From NCBI GenBank assembly GCA_054772095.1, contig BAAGAE010000030.1:151335-215334 (forward strand): a stretch of DNA of 64,000 nt. The letters run 5' to 3'. Below, piece after piece: positions 37,831-52,272 of the stretch. How positions within the stretch are numbered: position 1 is the first letter of the stretch; the number at the start of each line of letters is the position of its first letter. The translations under genes were made by a program, and so were the position numbers. Source of the stretch: Chamberlinius hualienensis (taxonomy: Eukaryota). The notes under the pieces are model-generated. The model was given only the letters and a program-made list of their open reading frames with translations. It was not told the DNA's origin and did not search any database.

Positions 37831-40378
37831 ATTTAGTTGTTTATAGAATTTTTAGTGACAATTGAGTTAGGATTAGTGACTTCTTTTTTTAGTCGTAGTA
37901 AGTCTTCTCTTTTTTATTTACTAGTTTCTAATAACAATGTTATTGGGGGATTCGATTATTTGTTTTAAAGGAAACCCTTGAAATTTGACGACAAAGTACA
38001 AGAGAATTTAATGATTCGGAAAGGTGAATAGATTGCTGATTTTAGTAATCAGATGAAAATGTATCGGGACGGATATTACAGTACACTAAAAAACGTCTGA
38101 TGTGAATAATGCGAATACAATCTGGCTTTTACGTGAATAATTAATCACTATAGTGTGATTTTGATCTGGAACAAATCCAAATGATACCCTGACAGAATGA
38201 ATAGACTACGAAATTTGGCGGTGAAATAAAATTGGTTTGCAGACCATCTTCAACGAAAGACAGAAAAAAATTAGCAATATGCTTTTAACTTCGAAAGTAA
38301 ATTAGTATGGAGGTTTTTAAGATGACAGTGGCATTTGTCTTTCTTTTTTTTCTTCTTCTTTTAGTTTGGTAGCTAATTAAAGAATTGTTCACCAGTCAAT
38401 AGGGAATTGGAAGCGCTTCTGTCTGACAATGAGCTTATTTAAGTAACTTCAAACAAAATGCATTAAATGTCATTCAGAAATTTGACGAGAGAGCAATTCT
38501 CGAGTTGTACAGCAGGACTGGAGAGTAATTTACTGCATATGTGGGGGAAATTAGGAATAATTTATGAGAAAGCTGCCATTTTAAACGAAGAGAATTAACG
38601 AAACTAAAAGGGCAACTGTCACATTAGCAATTACGAGAAATGAACAATCAACTAGGAATATATTTATATACTACTCTTCGATTTACTTGCTTTCATATTT
38701 AGCTACAAAATCGATACATGTATATTTAGGCCATTTTATATCTCGCAGTTAACAAGTGATAGAATATTATTTGATTGGTTCTTTATATGTCAAGGCCCAA
38801 TTTTCTTTCGTGTATAAACTAAATTTTTTTTTAAATTTAAAGAATCTGTTTAATATTTGATATAGAGACCGTACGTCGTTGCGTCCCTCTAGAATATATG
38901 AACTTATATATGCTGTATATATTTTTATCTCTATGTAATTTCTTGCGTGCGCTGATCCGTCGAAATGTCTGGCAGTATTTTGTTAGGTTAGCATCGGCGT
39001 GCGTGTGCGTCGTGATGCTGGGCTTTGCGTTCGAAATTGACATTCAGACGGATACGAATTAGTATTGAAAGGGAAAACATCTACATACAGTATTTCCTAT
39101 TTTGAAAATTGACTGTTGTTACAACCTCAGTTCGGTCTTCATCGTATTTCCGACGCGTTTTTTGGACGCCAGCATTACTGCGTTTTACGTCTGTCATCCG
39201 TTGTTTACATCATTTTTGGATTTTACGTCAAACTGGCCGTAACTTTGGATTACTCCTGCCGTTTTGACGGCAGTAGTAAGTGGATTTTATTTTGATAAAT
39301 GATCGATATGTAACGTTTTTCCAGCGGTATATTATATTTGTCGCCATGACGATTCTTACATTACGACAGTATATTATACTGTATATCAACAGATTGTAAA
39401 TTAGTCTTTTATATAGGTTGCTTAGTTTCATAATTAGCACCGTTTAGTTTAGTAAGACAGAGATTAGACACCGATTTTTTTATTTATTTATTTAGTTTTA
39501 TAGTGGATGATTTGAAACAATAGCGAATAATCTGAATAAACACTGAACTAAGACGACTTATTTAAAGGTGATAGCAACTGGCAGATTTCATCGATTTCTG
39601 TGTTTGTCTTCTTTGATTCTACAAAACACTTTCATAGTGATTTAACAAGCAAATTTTATTGGGCAATTGTTAGACAGTAATATAATATAATACGATGCTG
39701 AAATAAACTAGATTTTTTTTATATTATTTAAATTTAAACTAGAGATTGGTAGTTTTGTTTGAATGAGGCATACAGACTACAGAAGTTGTAGCATGATCTC
39801 GTATGTACATATTGAGTTGATGGTTTTCTTATTTTCTTTTTGGCTAAACGCCACGTCACTATAGACGCTGTTGGTTTTACAGCAAAGCGTCGATGCAGCG
39901 GCTGTAATCGGACACGAAACCCGAATTTTATGCGTTCCGTAAGTTTAACTGTAAAACCGCTTAACTTGTATATTTGAGGATTAGATGTTAATAGTGGTGT
40001 AACTTGCAGGATTGTGTAAGAATATTAATTGCGAGTTCCTCTAGGGCTCTAGATTTAAACTTAGTTTCATTTTCCTTTTTAATATCCAAATAATGATATC
40101 ATTGCAACAGCAAAACAATATCTTTTTCATGTTTCATTCTGTTTAATCTTTGCCTTACTTGATAACTTGAAGTGTTAATTATCTGATTAATTAATATTTT
40201 ACAGTGATGAATCGATGACACTTTGAAGAAGGCGATGGGCGTGTGCACCGGTACAATCGCCTACTTATTTGGCTCTCATTAACCATGGTTGAACGTCGGT
40301 CGACTGGCAATTTGTGGACATAACAATGATCTATCTATGAAATTATAAATTAATGCTCTTCTCATCTGTGTAACAATC

Positions 40379-43300
40379 ATGTTGATCAAAGAATATCGAA
40401 TAGCGCTTCCATTGACGGTGGAGGAATATCGCATAGCTCAGCTATATATGATAGCGGTATAAAGCCGTATAAATGAAGGGGAAAGTAATTTTATGGACGT
40501 AATTATGTTTTGACTCGTTAGAAAAAAAGCCGAGAAGAAAGCCGAGGAGCTGGAAGTGGTGTTGAGATTTTAGTAAATGAACCGTACACTGACGGACCAG
40601 GTGGAAATGGACAATACACTCACAAAATTTTCCATGTGGGGAGTCATCTTCCCGGTACAGTAATTATTTTTTTCATATTTATGTAGTTGTAATTATTAAA
40701 TCATTAAATACCAAAGGAAGTAAATTGCCAATAAAAAAAATAATAACGCTGAAAGTAAATGCATAGTAATGGCAACGTTGAGGAAAAGAATACACATACC
40801 ACTTCAAGGTTATTTATGCGCAAACTAAATGGTAAAAATGTGCTTAGAATTTTAATTATTATAAAACTTCCGCGTGCAAGACTTTATTATAAATTGGCAG
40901 CATTATACGAGCAAACATTTTTAGTTGTAGTTTAGGTGACTAATACTCAAAGCTATTTATAATCACGGTTAATATTTGTTTTTAAACGGTAAAAGTTGGT
41001 TAGGTGTATTAAGGGTATATTTGGAAACTTGGGAAGACAGAAGTTGAACGCAAGTTTGGTTATCTCTTTCAAGTTTTTCCAGAACGGGTTGAACCTTTGT
41101 TGGTTTGACCCACATAATGTATGCAACTTAAGAAATATGTGGTTTATGGTGTTATGTTTGGTGAAAAGGGCATACATGACACCTGTTTGGTTTTTTAATA
41201 AAATAAACGAAACTATTTAACACAATACTCACATTGGAGTATGGTATATAAAATAGTTTCATATGTAATCTTCGTTTAGTTTTATTGTGAATAAAATAAT
41301 ATACAGTACTGTACTTTAGTTATGAAGTATAGTGTTCAAAGTCAAATCGACATCATTTACAATATCCTGTACTGTAGGGTTTTTCTCTTTAGTTGACTCA
41401 TTCCATTATTAAAGCTGTTAATGATTTTAATACACTAAGCAAATTAGTGTGACAATTTTTTAATTTAAACTAAGGCCACTAAGTACATCTTTTAATAATT
41501 GTCTGACCATTTCAGCATTTTCGTTTTTATTATAGGATAGTATTTTGCAAGTAATAGCAGTACTGTATTTTATGTTAAATAGTACAATAATTATTATTAA
41601 ATGATACAATTGGTATACTTTTAAGGTTGGTTTAAGGCATTATTGCCAAAATCTGCTCTAATAGTCGAGGAAAGAGCATGGAATGCTTATCCATATACGA
41701 AGACCCGTTACACGTGCCCTTTTGTGGAAAAGTTTTTCTTAGAAATTGAAACAAAGTATTTGAGCGACTGTGGAGATAATGACAACGTATTTGATTTAAA
41801 TGGAAGTGAATTACGATCACGTATTGTAGGCAAGTTTACGGTATTTTGTTTTTATAGTCATGAATAGATGTCAGTTTTTATTTATTTTAGATACCATTGA
41901 TGTGGTTAAAGATCAGCTAGTTGGGGCCGACTACAAGTCAGAAGAAGACCCGAAGCTTTACGTATCCCAAAAGACTCATAGAGGACCTTTAACTGACTGT
42001 TGGCTAGATGAATACTCTCGAGAGTCTAATAGTAGAAGGCATGGGAGTAAAGACATAATGTGCGCTTACAAATTGTGCAGAGTGGAATTTAAATATTGGG
42101 GAATGCAGAGCAAAATTGAGAAATTTATTCACGATATGGGTTGGCTTTTTAAAATTTATTTAAATTTTGGATTAGATTATCTATGTGGTTTTGTCACATT
42201 TAGCTCTGAGAAAAACCATGCTTCGCGCACACCGGCAGGCATGGGCATGGCAAGATGAATGGGTCGGATTAACGATGGAAGATATCAGGCGCCTAGAAAG
42301 GGAAACTCAAGAAGCTTTGGCGAAGAAAATGGGCTGCGAGGCTCCTTCTACTGTGGTGTCATCGCCAACCGGTTCCCAGTGTCACCTGGAAGATAGAACT
42401 GATGGTGATGATAAAGTTTTTGAAGAACACGTAGTTTCGCAAAGATCGAGTGGTGATAATAGTGACATTACTCCAAGACTTTCACCTTCGTGGTCTCCTA
42501 ATAATTCACCCAGGCCTCACAAACCTCACGATTTACCTATTGCTTGTGATGAAACAAGTGAATCTAGTCTATACAGTTCTAGTTTGGATAAGAGGAAGTG
42601 GATTAGAACTGGTAATCGCAGTCTGCATTCTCCTGGTAATACTTTTATTTTTTTAATACATTAATTAGACGTTTAATTGATATTGAATTATTTGAAGGGT
42701 GCAATTCGAATAAAAGTTTTGATTTACAAATTGCTAATTGGCGAATGGAAAGCTGTGTGCGAACTTCCGATTCTAGTTCAGAAGACGAGTTCTTCGACTG
42801 TGAAGGTGGGGAAATAGTAGTAGCCTGAAAATCTGATCTTAGATACAACATATAGCAGATACAGAATATGGTCATAATTACAGTATAATATAATGAATTC
42901 GAAATGATTTACCAGTAGTTTCTAAACTAGTTGTTTTTGGGATAAATTTTAGTCGACATTTATGTTGTACTTTTTAAGATTGGCTTAACTAGCATGTTTA
43001 TTAATATTCGTTTATTTGCATGTTTTCCTGGATGTCCTTTGTTACTTTGTTATTAAAATTGCATCGGATTGGCCAGGATCAGAAAGTTCATCGCCATCAA
43101 TAGGTGCTCAATAATCGAATATGTAATTTTTTTTAAAACTAATTAAGCATTGTGTGAATGTAGGTAATTTGCTTTTAATGATTAGAATTCCTACTTATTG
43201 GTTTTTATGCTTAGTACTTGTTAATTTAAAAATTGTTGAGTTTTTTCTGTTCAATCTTAGAATGATAAAAACAAATTGCACCGATAATAAACAGTTTACA

Positions 43301-46300
43301 TACAATTATGCTTTTTCTATTTCTTACATTTTCATAATGGCTGGCTGACTATCTTAACACGCTTTTTTTTTTCATGTTCACCACAAGTGAAGCAACAAGT
43401 ATTCTGTCATTCTCAAGTCTTTGATTCTAATCTTCATGGTTTCAACTGTCAATTGAGTGTTTTATTATTGAAATATTTTTATTTTTATATCTATTAACAG
43501 AAGAACTTGATTCTCGTTCTACATTAACAAAGTGGAGTTCTCTGGAATTTTTAAATGAAGAAGAAAATACATCCCCTACTGCCGATCTTGTTAAAGAAGG
43601 TCTTAATGAATTACCTGATTGATTAATTGGGATGTTAATTGATATATATGTGTATTAGATCCGCTGTTTAAACCATCTCTCATTCAAAGGGTAACGTCTG
43701 AACAATACTGTCCAGTAGCTCGTCCGTTACAACCCAGCTGTAGCATGGATCAATCACTTCCATGTTCTCCTACTCTTTCGCCAGCACATCATCCCTGTCC
43801 AGTTACCGTTCTCATACTAGTTGTTCATGGAGGAAGCATTTTAGATACAGCTTCTGATTACAGCACTAAAAAATCTGATATGGCGACTTTCCGAGCTGCT
43901 TTCAACTTGGTCTGCAAACAACATTATCCAAGTATGTCAGGTCATGTGGCTATAAGATTGGTTGCTTGTCCACAAATATGCTTAGATGCGTTTGGCATTT
44001 TATCAAGGTGACAATTACATTCTTCGACTCTTTTTTTTTTTTTTTTTTAAAGTCGTTTATTCTATTGTTATAGTTTGAGTCCATACAGTTTTGAGGCATT
44101 ATCTTCACCTTCCACTATTGATGGTGGCGCAAATCCAGCATCATATACTCAAGATTTTATGCCCATTAGTGCCATTCCATTATTTGCTACTGCATCAGTT
44201 GAATATAACGAAATTGTATCCAGGGTAATTTCTAACGCTAATCAAGTGTATCTAGAATTCCTACACTCCGAAGAAGGAATCGGGTTTTGTGGTCAGGTGC
44301 TTAAATTAAACAAATATCTGACATTGTTTAATCGAGTATATATTGGTAATATGTAATATATTTAGGTCGTTTTGATTGGGGACAGTGTAGGGTCAGTTGT
44401 TGCATATGATGCTCTGTGTCGTCCTAATCAATATGGAAGATATGGTAGCGAAACTAGTCTCCAAGAAGCAGAACCTCTTAGTCCTGGTTTAGCTCCAAAA
44501 GTCAACCCGCTCATCTCAATTAGCGACGGAAATGGAGATGAAAATCACGACGAATACTCAAGAGAAAATGGGAAAAAATCGAACACAGTTTTACATTTGA
44601 CGCATATACATTCTCATTCATCTTCTGCGCCGTCTTCAGCATCTGCGTTTAATAAGGAAGGAGGAGAAACTCACTTGACAACCACTCCTCTATTTCGGCG
44701 ACGCAGTTCATGTTCGAGTGAGCAATCCCACGTGACCAAATTGGAATTCGACGTGAGTGACTTCATAATGTTTGGATCTCCTCTGGGAATGATATTGGCA
44801 TTTAGAAAAATTCATTCTTTCGATGATAAAAGTAGTATGTATATTGGTACTGCACATGTGTTAAGTCTTCATTTTATTAATGAAATTGCGTGGCTCTGTA
44901 GGTGTGCCTCCGCGGCCAGTATGTACTCAGGTTTATAATCTCTTTCATCCGATGGATCCATTAGCCAGTCGGTTAGAGCCATTAATTAGCTTAGTCTTTT
45001 CTCGTTTACAGCCTGTAAAAATAGCACGCTATGCCAAATATCCACTGGGAGATGGCCATCCTTGCCATTTATGTAACTTGTATATGAAATATGAGGTGAC
45101 CATATTTTTAAAATAGTATTTTACTATAGTGGAATGTATTCACAGTAGCGCCCATCAATTTTTGGAAACATTAGGAGGAAATGTACCTGTTACACCTGGC
45201 TCTTCTCGACGATTATCAGAAGCCAGTATACAAAGTGCCATGTCCGGTGTGGATAGCGTTCCTCTTCAGGCCATCAGTTCTAGTAATGTTGTACTATTTC
45301 ATTGCAAAAAAATAGTTATTAATTAGTGGTGTATTTACAGTTACTCAAAAATGGTGGGGTCAAAAACGTTTGGATTATGATTTGTATTGTCCAGAAGGTC
45401 TTACAAACTTTCCAATAAATGCGTTGCCTCACATTTTTCATGCTAGTTATTGGGAATCATCTGATGTCATTGCATTTATTTTGCGTCAGGTTGCTCTTTT
45501 CTAAACACTGTTGAAAATTCTCAAATATTTAAAGAAAAATGCATTCGTGGCAGATATCTCGAATGGATACTGGCATCCATCACGGAAACATTGAAAAAGA
45601 AGGCAATATTTTTAGTCCTTCTCAGCCACGAGAAAAGTGGACCAAGAAAAGAACGTCAGTCAAACTTAAGGTTCATCTTCAATATTATATTGTTTTTTTT
45701 TTTCTATCTATCTGTAACGTTTAATGTAATTTGTAAAGAATGTAAATGCTAATCATCGTGCCAATGATGTTGTTGTAAAAGAGGGATTACCTCAGGTACT
45801 TACAGCTAGGTTTATGTACGGACCAATCGATATGGTTGCCCTTACGGGGGAAAAAGTAATTATTTCAATTTCCATAGTATTATCGACGATTTTAAACACG
45901 CTGATTAATTAGGTTGATATTCATATAATGAGAGATCCTCCGTTAGGGGAATGGATTTACTTAAGTACTGAAGTTACTGAAAAAAGTGGTCGTATTATTT
46001 ATACTATTCCTGAATCTAAGATGGTTGGTCTAGGAGTATATCCTGTTAAAATGGTCGTCAGGTAATTCATTTTTCTATCTATAAGAATTTTTCCTAACGT
46101 GGAAGTTGTTTTCGGCGGATGATGTTTATACGTGTGTATGTATTCTTGTAGGGGTGATCATACTTCAGTAGATTCGTACTTAGTAGTTGTTCCACCAAAA
46201 ACTGAGTGCGTAGTATTTAGCATTGATGGCTCATTTACTGCGAGCGTATCTGTAACTGGAAGAGACCCAAAAGTTCGCGCTGGAGCTGTTGACGTCGTAA

Positions 46301-47082
46301 GGTATATTATAAGCACATAAAATGACATGTTTACGAATAAGAAACTTATAAAGCATATTGCTTAGGCATTGGCAAGAATTGGGCTATTTGCTGGTATACA
46401 TCACGGGTCGTCCTGATATGCAACAGCAACGGGTAGTTAGTTGGCTGGCCCAACATAACTTTCCGCATGGTGTTGTATCGTTCGTTGACGGATTAAGCAC
46501 AGATCCTCTGAGGCATAAAGCTGAATATCTTAAACATCTTGTCCAAGATGTAAGCTTATTTAGATAGTTTATTTAAATGATTGAGTATTGTGATCTAATG
46601 AGCAATTAAAATGTAACAAATTGGTGACAGGCTGACGTGGTAATTCATTCTGCTTACGGTTCAAGTAAAGATATTGCCATGTATTCGTCGGTTGGTTTGA
46701 AATCTGAAAATATTTATATTGTTGGTAAAGTTTCCAAAAAGCAGCATGCCCAAGCTCAGGTTAGTTCTCATAAACCATGCTTAAGTTAATGAAATGTTTT
46801 AATTTTTAAATATTAATCAATTTCATTTTTTAGATTTTAAGTGATGGTTATGCTGCTCATCTGAGTGATTTGTTAGTGCATGGAGGATCGCGAACAGCAA
46901 AAGGTAATGCTAGAATGGTGATTCCGCGCGGTTGCTTTGGTCTTCCAGGACAAAATCCTGGGCTAAGACGACGTCGTTCAGCTAAACGAACAACTTCATA
47001 TCCAATTACAACTCCTAGTGCATCTGAAAGTATTTCGAGGGCCAGAGGCGTTTCGCCTCGACCTCAGTCTTCGCGTGTATGA
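40379..47082 (+). CDS. PITPNM: Membrane-associated phosphatidylinositol transfer protein (PITPNM/Nir2, Drosophila rdgB orthologue). It has more than 20 exons encoding the N-terminal PITP domain, an acidic/Ser-rich linker, a DDHD domain and a C-terminal LNS2 domain. ATG at 40379 and stop at 47080-47082.
   Basis: PITP domain: [118 protein letters not shown]...[34 protein letters not shown]...[68 protein letters not shown] region: [86 protein letters not shown] and [24 protein letters not shown]2 region: [145 protein letters not shown]. Confidence 0.9.
44030..44049. repeat. T20 homopolymer at the start of a PITPNM intron.
   Basis: Direct reading: cgactcttttttttttttttttttttaaag, immediately after the GT donor at about 44010. 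Confidence 0.8.
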
Positions 47083-48557
47083 AAATAACTGTGAACATTG
47101 TTGTGGTCGTCTTTAAAAATTTGTGTTCGTACGTAATTTAACAATTTCATCTTGATCAACGCTTTGAGAAACTGTCATCGTATTTTAAAATGTTATTTAT
47201 ATTTCTGTATGCGCTCTGAAATAACTTTATAGTCGGATTTTTTTCCTAAATGCTCATTGAATTGGCCATTTGTTTTATTTATGAACCGTTTTAAATTTTG
47301 TTTTTGCACTTAAAGCTAATTACGTTATACTTGGTACTTTTTGTCATGGACACAGCGTAACCTGACCGTTGCTTGTGACGCATATGCAAATAGCACATAA
47401 CATAAAATTATGATTTTGTACATTAATAATATTAAATTATTTGATTGTGTATATAAAATAGTAAATTAAATGGTCCAAAAAAAACTTATAACTTTAAAAA
47501 AATAAGGAAAGATAAGCTGATTACGAAGTGCAAACATATTTGAGCTATTTACGGCCATGCATTTAATTGTAAATACGGAGTTCAGATATAAATTATTTAG
47601 ACTGTTACAAAATTATTAGTACAATTGTTACTTTTAACAGCTCAACAACAGGGAAGCAATTCCATTTTTGTTACTTATAAGAAATAATATCTTAAGTTTT
47701 TATTTTTTAATTGTTCAAATTATATAAATGAAGTAATATACCTAAGAATTTTAATCTTTTAACATTTTATCATGTGTTTGTTGTTTGCATATGCAATTAT
47801 AAATAACTATTGAGAACAAGATGGACTTGAAAGCCGTCCTTTTATAAACTGTTGACTGTCGACACCCAATGCGCACAGGAAAAACTTTCATGCATCATCG
47901 ACTTATAAATATTAATAAATTTATCTTAAGAAGATTTAATGTTGTCATTACTAAATTTATAAGACTGTCATTTAAATCTGTAGTTTTCAACATTCTATTT
48001 GATGGGACTTATTTGTCTTGTTATGGTATCGTTAATGTCAGATAATGTGCAGATCTAAAAACGTAGGCATGCATATGGCAGGTTTTCAATACCTTATTGA
48101 ACTCTCTGCTTTTTTTAAATATAAATACCGGCCAGTATAGATTTATAACTGCAACGGTTAATTTATTTATCCATTACCTCTGCTTTTCATACTGAAACGG
48201 ACGAACGTTGAGTAATAGCTTATTGAAACGATAACGAATGTACTGTAAATGGTTTAATCTCAAAAGTGCCATTTTACGATGTACTCTACCGTATTTAAAT
48301 TAAGCCTATTTATTGATTTTACTCAAGAGGCATGGCGAGCTTAAATAAATGGTGTTTACAGAGTTTATCTACTACAAATTGTAACAGCTTTTTTATTTGA
48401 AAGATTTATTTAACACACAAAAACCGCCGAAATTAATAAGTACAGTACATAGAATTAACGAAATTCATGTGTGTAAATAATTTTTTTTTAATTTTTTTAC
48501 ATTCTTTTGGTGATCGACTAGGTGTCTGGAATTACACATGTATAAAGTAAACATATT

Positions 48558-49955
48558 TTAAAAAGGTAAATTATTGATCCATGGGTAATCAGTCGGACAT
48601 GATGATTGTTGTGGTCCCATACAAATTCCCATAGAAATGGACTGTCCAGAAATATTATAATTGCAGGTGGATCCACTGCAGCCGCCGGTTCTGGGCACGT
48701 CGCATGCCCATGGTTCAAAGCCGCCGATGTCAGCGAGTTTGGTTGGAGCCTTAAACCATTCGTAAGCTCGGTTAAGTCCGATAACATATGCTCCGCCTGC
48801 AATAGCCTCGGTCAAAAATTGCCTGAGACCGTTTAAGTTATTGGTATCGAATAACCAACCCAAAGGTGTGGGAATTAAGAATGGAGTGGTCTGAGTCACG
48901 TGATATGCATAGTTATTTGTAAGTAATTCATGAGCATTTGGCATGCTATTGTTGTAGACGCATTGAAGAAGATTGTTACAAAGATTTCCGTTTCCGTCTT
49001 GCAAGTCAGTCACAGGGAACTCAAGCAATCCAGGATAGCTTTGTGTAGGGCAAGGACCATTTTGACAGTCTTGAGTTGTTAAGTAATCAAGAGTGTAGGG
49101 CCAAAAGGGAGCATCGAATGACCTGGAAACCAATGTAGCATCATATCTAAAGTTATTATTTACTATTGCTTGAAGTTGATTATCTCCCCCATAAGATGAC
49201 TGAGGAGGGTGAGCTCCATAAACGTAAGTGTTGTTAAGTAATCCGTACTGGTTAAGATAATATGCTTGACCACCAATTTCGTCAGAAATCAGGTCTACAG
49301 ATTCTCCTGAAAAAGGAGTGTTTCTAAAATACAAAAAATATTTTAATAAATTGAACTGTTGTTAAAGTTAGCCTTCACCACCCAATCACTTGGTAATCAA
49401 TGGTAGAATTTAGTTTCGGTTGTAAACTTGGATTTATATAATTAATTGAATAATAAATTATATATTAGCCAACGGTATTGTTGGAGCTTAATCGATTTTA
49501 TTCGTTTATCAAGTGCTTTTTATTAATGAAAATTAACTAGAATATGTTTACAAATGAAAATTATTGTCATTAAACATTTGAAAAAATATTATTAAAACTT
49601 ACGTGATAGACTGAACAGCAATATCGTGACCATCTAACCACGCTTGATGGACTTCGGTATAGTCGGTGTATTCGTGATCAATGAAAAAGGTGCCTGTCAC
49701 TGGACAGTTATTTGGATTGATCAAATCTTTAAATAGTGGCTGATAGTAAGGAGGATAGTTTCCCTTAGAAAGGCTGCCTTCAAAGATCACATAAATCATT
49801 TGTGGTGGCTCGCCCACGGCCCATCCATAAGGTACATATTTGCTTGAGCATAGACAGGTATCCGTGTTGCAATCTACTGGGCAGTTGGTTGCTGGAACAT
49901 TAACAACGCTGCCAACAAAACAGCATAACATAAGTAATTGAATGTACTGTAACAT
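48558..49955 (-). CDS. Secreted chitin-deacetylase-like protein (carbohydrate esterase family 4 / NodB homology domain; catalytic-domain-only type). Two exons at 49599-49955 and 48558-49334 joined by a phase-2 GT-AG intron. The catalytic motifs appear degenerate.
   Basis: Signal peptide MLQYIQLLMLCCFVGSVVNVPA. The CE4 region aligns with insect CDAs: PQMIYVIFEGSLS... against PQM..ITFDDAV; NPNNCPVTGTFFIDHEYTDYTEVHQAWLDGHDIAVQSITN against NPNGCPIKGTFFVSHEYTNY..VQEL...GHEIASHSITH; RYDATLVSRSFDAPFWPYTLDY against VYDASITA..GRVPIWPYTLDY. The exon junction ATCAC|gtaagt...tattttag|AAACACTCC keeps the frame. Confidence 0.8.
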
Positions 49956-52272
49956 TTCGATTAGAAAATTTTTTCAAATGTTGTAAAAATGTCAACGTCT
50001 ACTACACTTTCCAAGTCGATATTAAAGCAAAAATCAGAACTGTCTGAATTTTTATACCCGATTCAAATAAATGTAGGAGGTCAACAAAATCTAAGGCAAT
50101 CAAATAATGTCACGTCATTCACTTGTCAAGATTTGTATCTTTCTTTTTTTTTAATCAAGATTCTCTGAAATGAGATTTGGAACTGAGTCATGTATTTATC
50201 ATTGTCTGTGATAAGTATTTTTCGAAACGATTTTAGGCACCGTGTGCAAAAAATTACCTATAAATGGTCGATTACTTGGAAATAACAATTTTTTTTTGAA
50301 ATTAACTTGAGGTGTTCTCTGAAAATGTCTTCGTTTCCAAGAACAAAATATATATGATTCCAATACAAGCTACAAGTAGTGAGGATGTTGTTGAACTAAA
50401 GATCTTAGATAAACTGAGATAAGGAATCGGACGATATTGAAATTACATAATTTACCATTTATTATACTATCGAAAGCTGATTTTAAATTACGTTTTGTGG
50501 TTACCTTTATTCAAAGTGGAAATCGCACAATACCCACTTCATTTATCTTTGGTTGTATACAAAACATTATTTGATCTTCTTATCATTATCAAAATATTGT
50601 AAAACGAATTTTCGATCGCTATTTAGTTTTATTACATTTACTGTACTGATTTCTAGTTGTTTGATATTGATAAATGGGTTTTTTTAAAAAAGTATGAATG
50701 GTTATGCAACAATTTCCTGCTTTGATTACTATCTACGTTGGCTAATTAAGTTTGAGATTTTCCTACTCCAATTACTGTGGTTGATATACTGTATATAATA
50801 GGTGTCTGGAATGATCGCTATCTGAAGATGATCTTATTGGTATTTCAAGTGTTTGCTGTGTATCACAACAGCTTGTTGTTTGATAACAAATCTAGTCTGA
50901 AATCTTTCTATTGCTCTCATTTGATAAAAATATTATGTCAAAACAATCTATCAACTTGTGATTTATTTATGAATTGTGATGAAAAAAAGTGGCACCTAAT
51001 GGTACTTAAAATTCAGATATAAATTCGACCTTTTGATATGATTAGTTAAAACATTAGATTTTAATATTAGATTTATTTTGAATTGTTAATTACTGTTTAC
51101 TGTATTTTTAACTGTAACATTATTTTTAACTGATTCATATTTATATAGCCGGTTTTGCTTCATCGTTTTAGACTGTTCTGACATTATATAATATTGATAC
51201 ATTTGTCGCAAATAACATCACATGTTATAAACCAACTTTTTTTCCGAAAGTTTTAGGTACAAATTGCGAATTTAAAAGATGAAAAGAAAATGTCTATTTC
51301 TGGCCATACAATAATTAAAGGTGAAGCCTAATTGACTTTACTTTAAATTTGCTTTGCCAAAACGGACTTGATCCATTTTTTTTTTAATTCTAAGCTAAAA
51401 ACATGGTTTTATTACGAAACATTATCTGATTGAACTTTGACGTTTCGCTGGTGTTACATGCATAATAGAAGGATAAAAACCAAATCAGTGCCCTGATAAA
51501 AATATTTTCTGTAAATCACTCAAAGGGTTGTTAATCTTTGTCCAACTTTTAAAACAAATACAGTGATTAATTTTTGTTTTATCGAGTTAATCTAATAAAC
51601 TAGAAACCTTTAAAAGTGTAGTTTACAATAAATATTCTTTCATTTTTTAATCATTGATTAACGAAGGAAAATCGTTTTTTTTGAAAGTGGGTAAAAATTA
51701 TATTTAAAAAATGTCATTTCAAGACCGTTCGTACGCAACAGACTAATAAATACGAGTAAAAATGATAGTTAAACTGTCTGAACACACGGGTTATTTACAA
51801 TTGTCTCTCAAGTCAAATGTTCACCATGTTGACTAACTGTGTGGTATGACTTTCATAACATTTTGATTTCCATTAACTGTTCAGTAGTTTTAAAAGTGAA
51901 ATTAACTGTAAATGTTCAGGTAATTAATATGGTCAAGTAGTTCAGTCACAATTTGAGCGAATGACATACCGTAGATGAAAGTTTTACTGTGAAATTTGAA
52001 ATTTAAGGGGGCTTTTTACTTATGTCTGCTGACACCATTTTATTTTAAATCATCGTTAGGCGGCGTTGTATAATGTCATCGAATAATTTATTTACACGAT
52101 AATTCAAAGTTCGGCCTCAGCTGTGGGAAAGTCAGATCCAACTGAGCCAATCGTAGAAGGAAATAGTGGAACATGTGTTGATTGTCTTGTTATGTTGGCG
52201 TCTTGCATAAAAATTAATTGGCCGTTATTTTTGCCTTCTGCATTTTCATTTACTACAGCATTATTAACGCCA

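Noticed and set aside
42450-42656. ORF 42450-42656 and other short ORFs nested within PITPNM exons, and minus-strand ORFs within MVP exons (e.g. 31081-31296, 31378-31602)
   Set aside because: They overlap strongly supported coding exons on the same locus in other frames and have no independent support.
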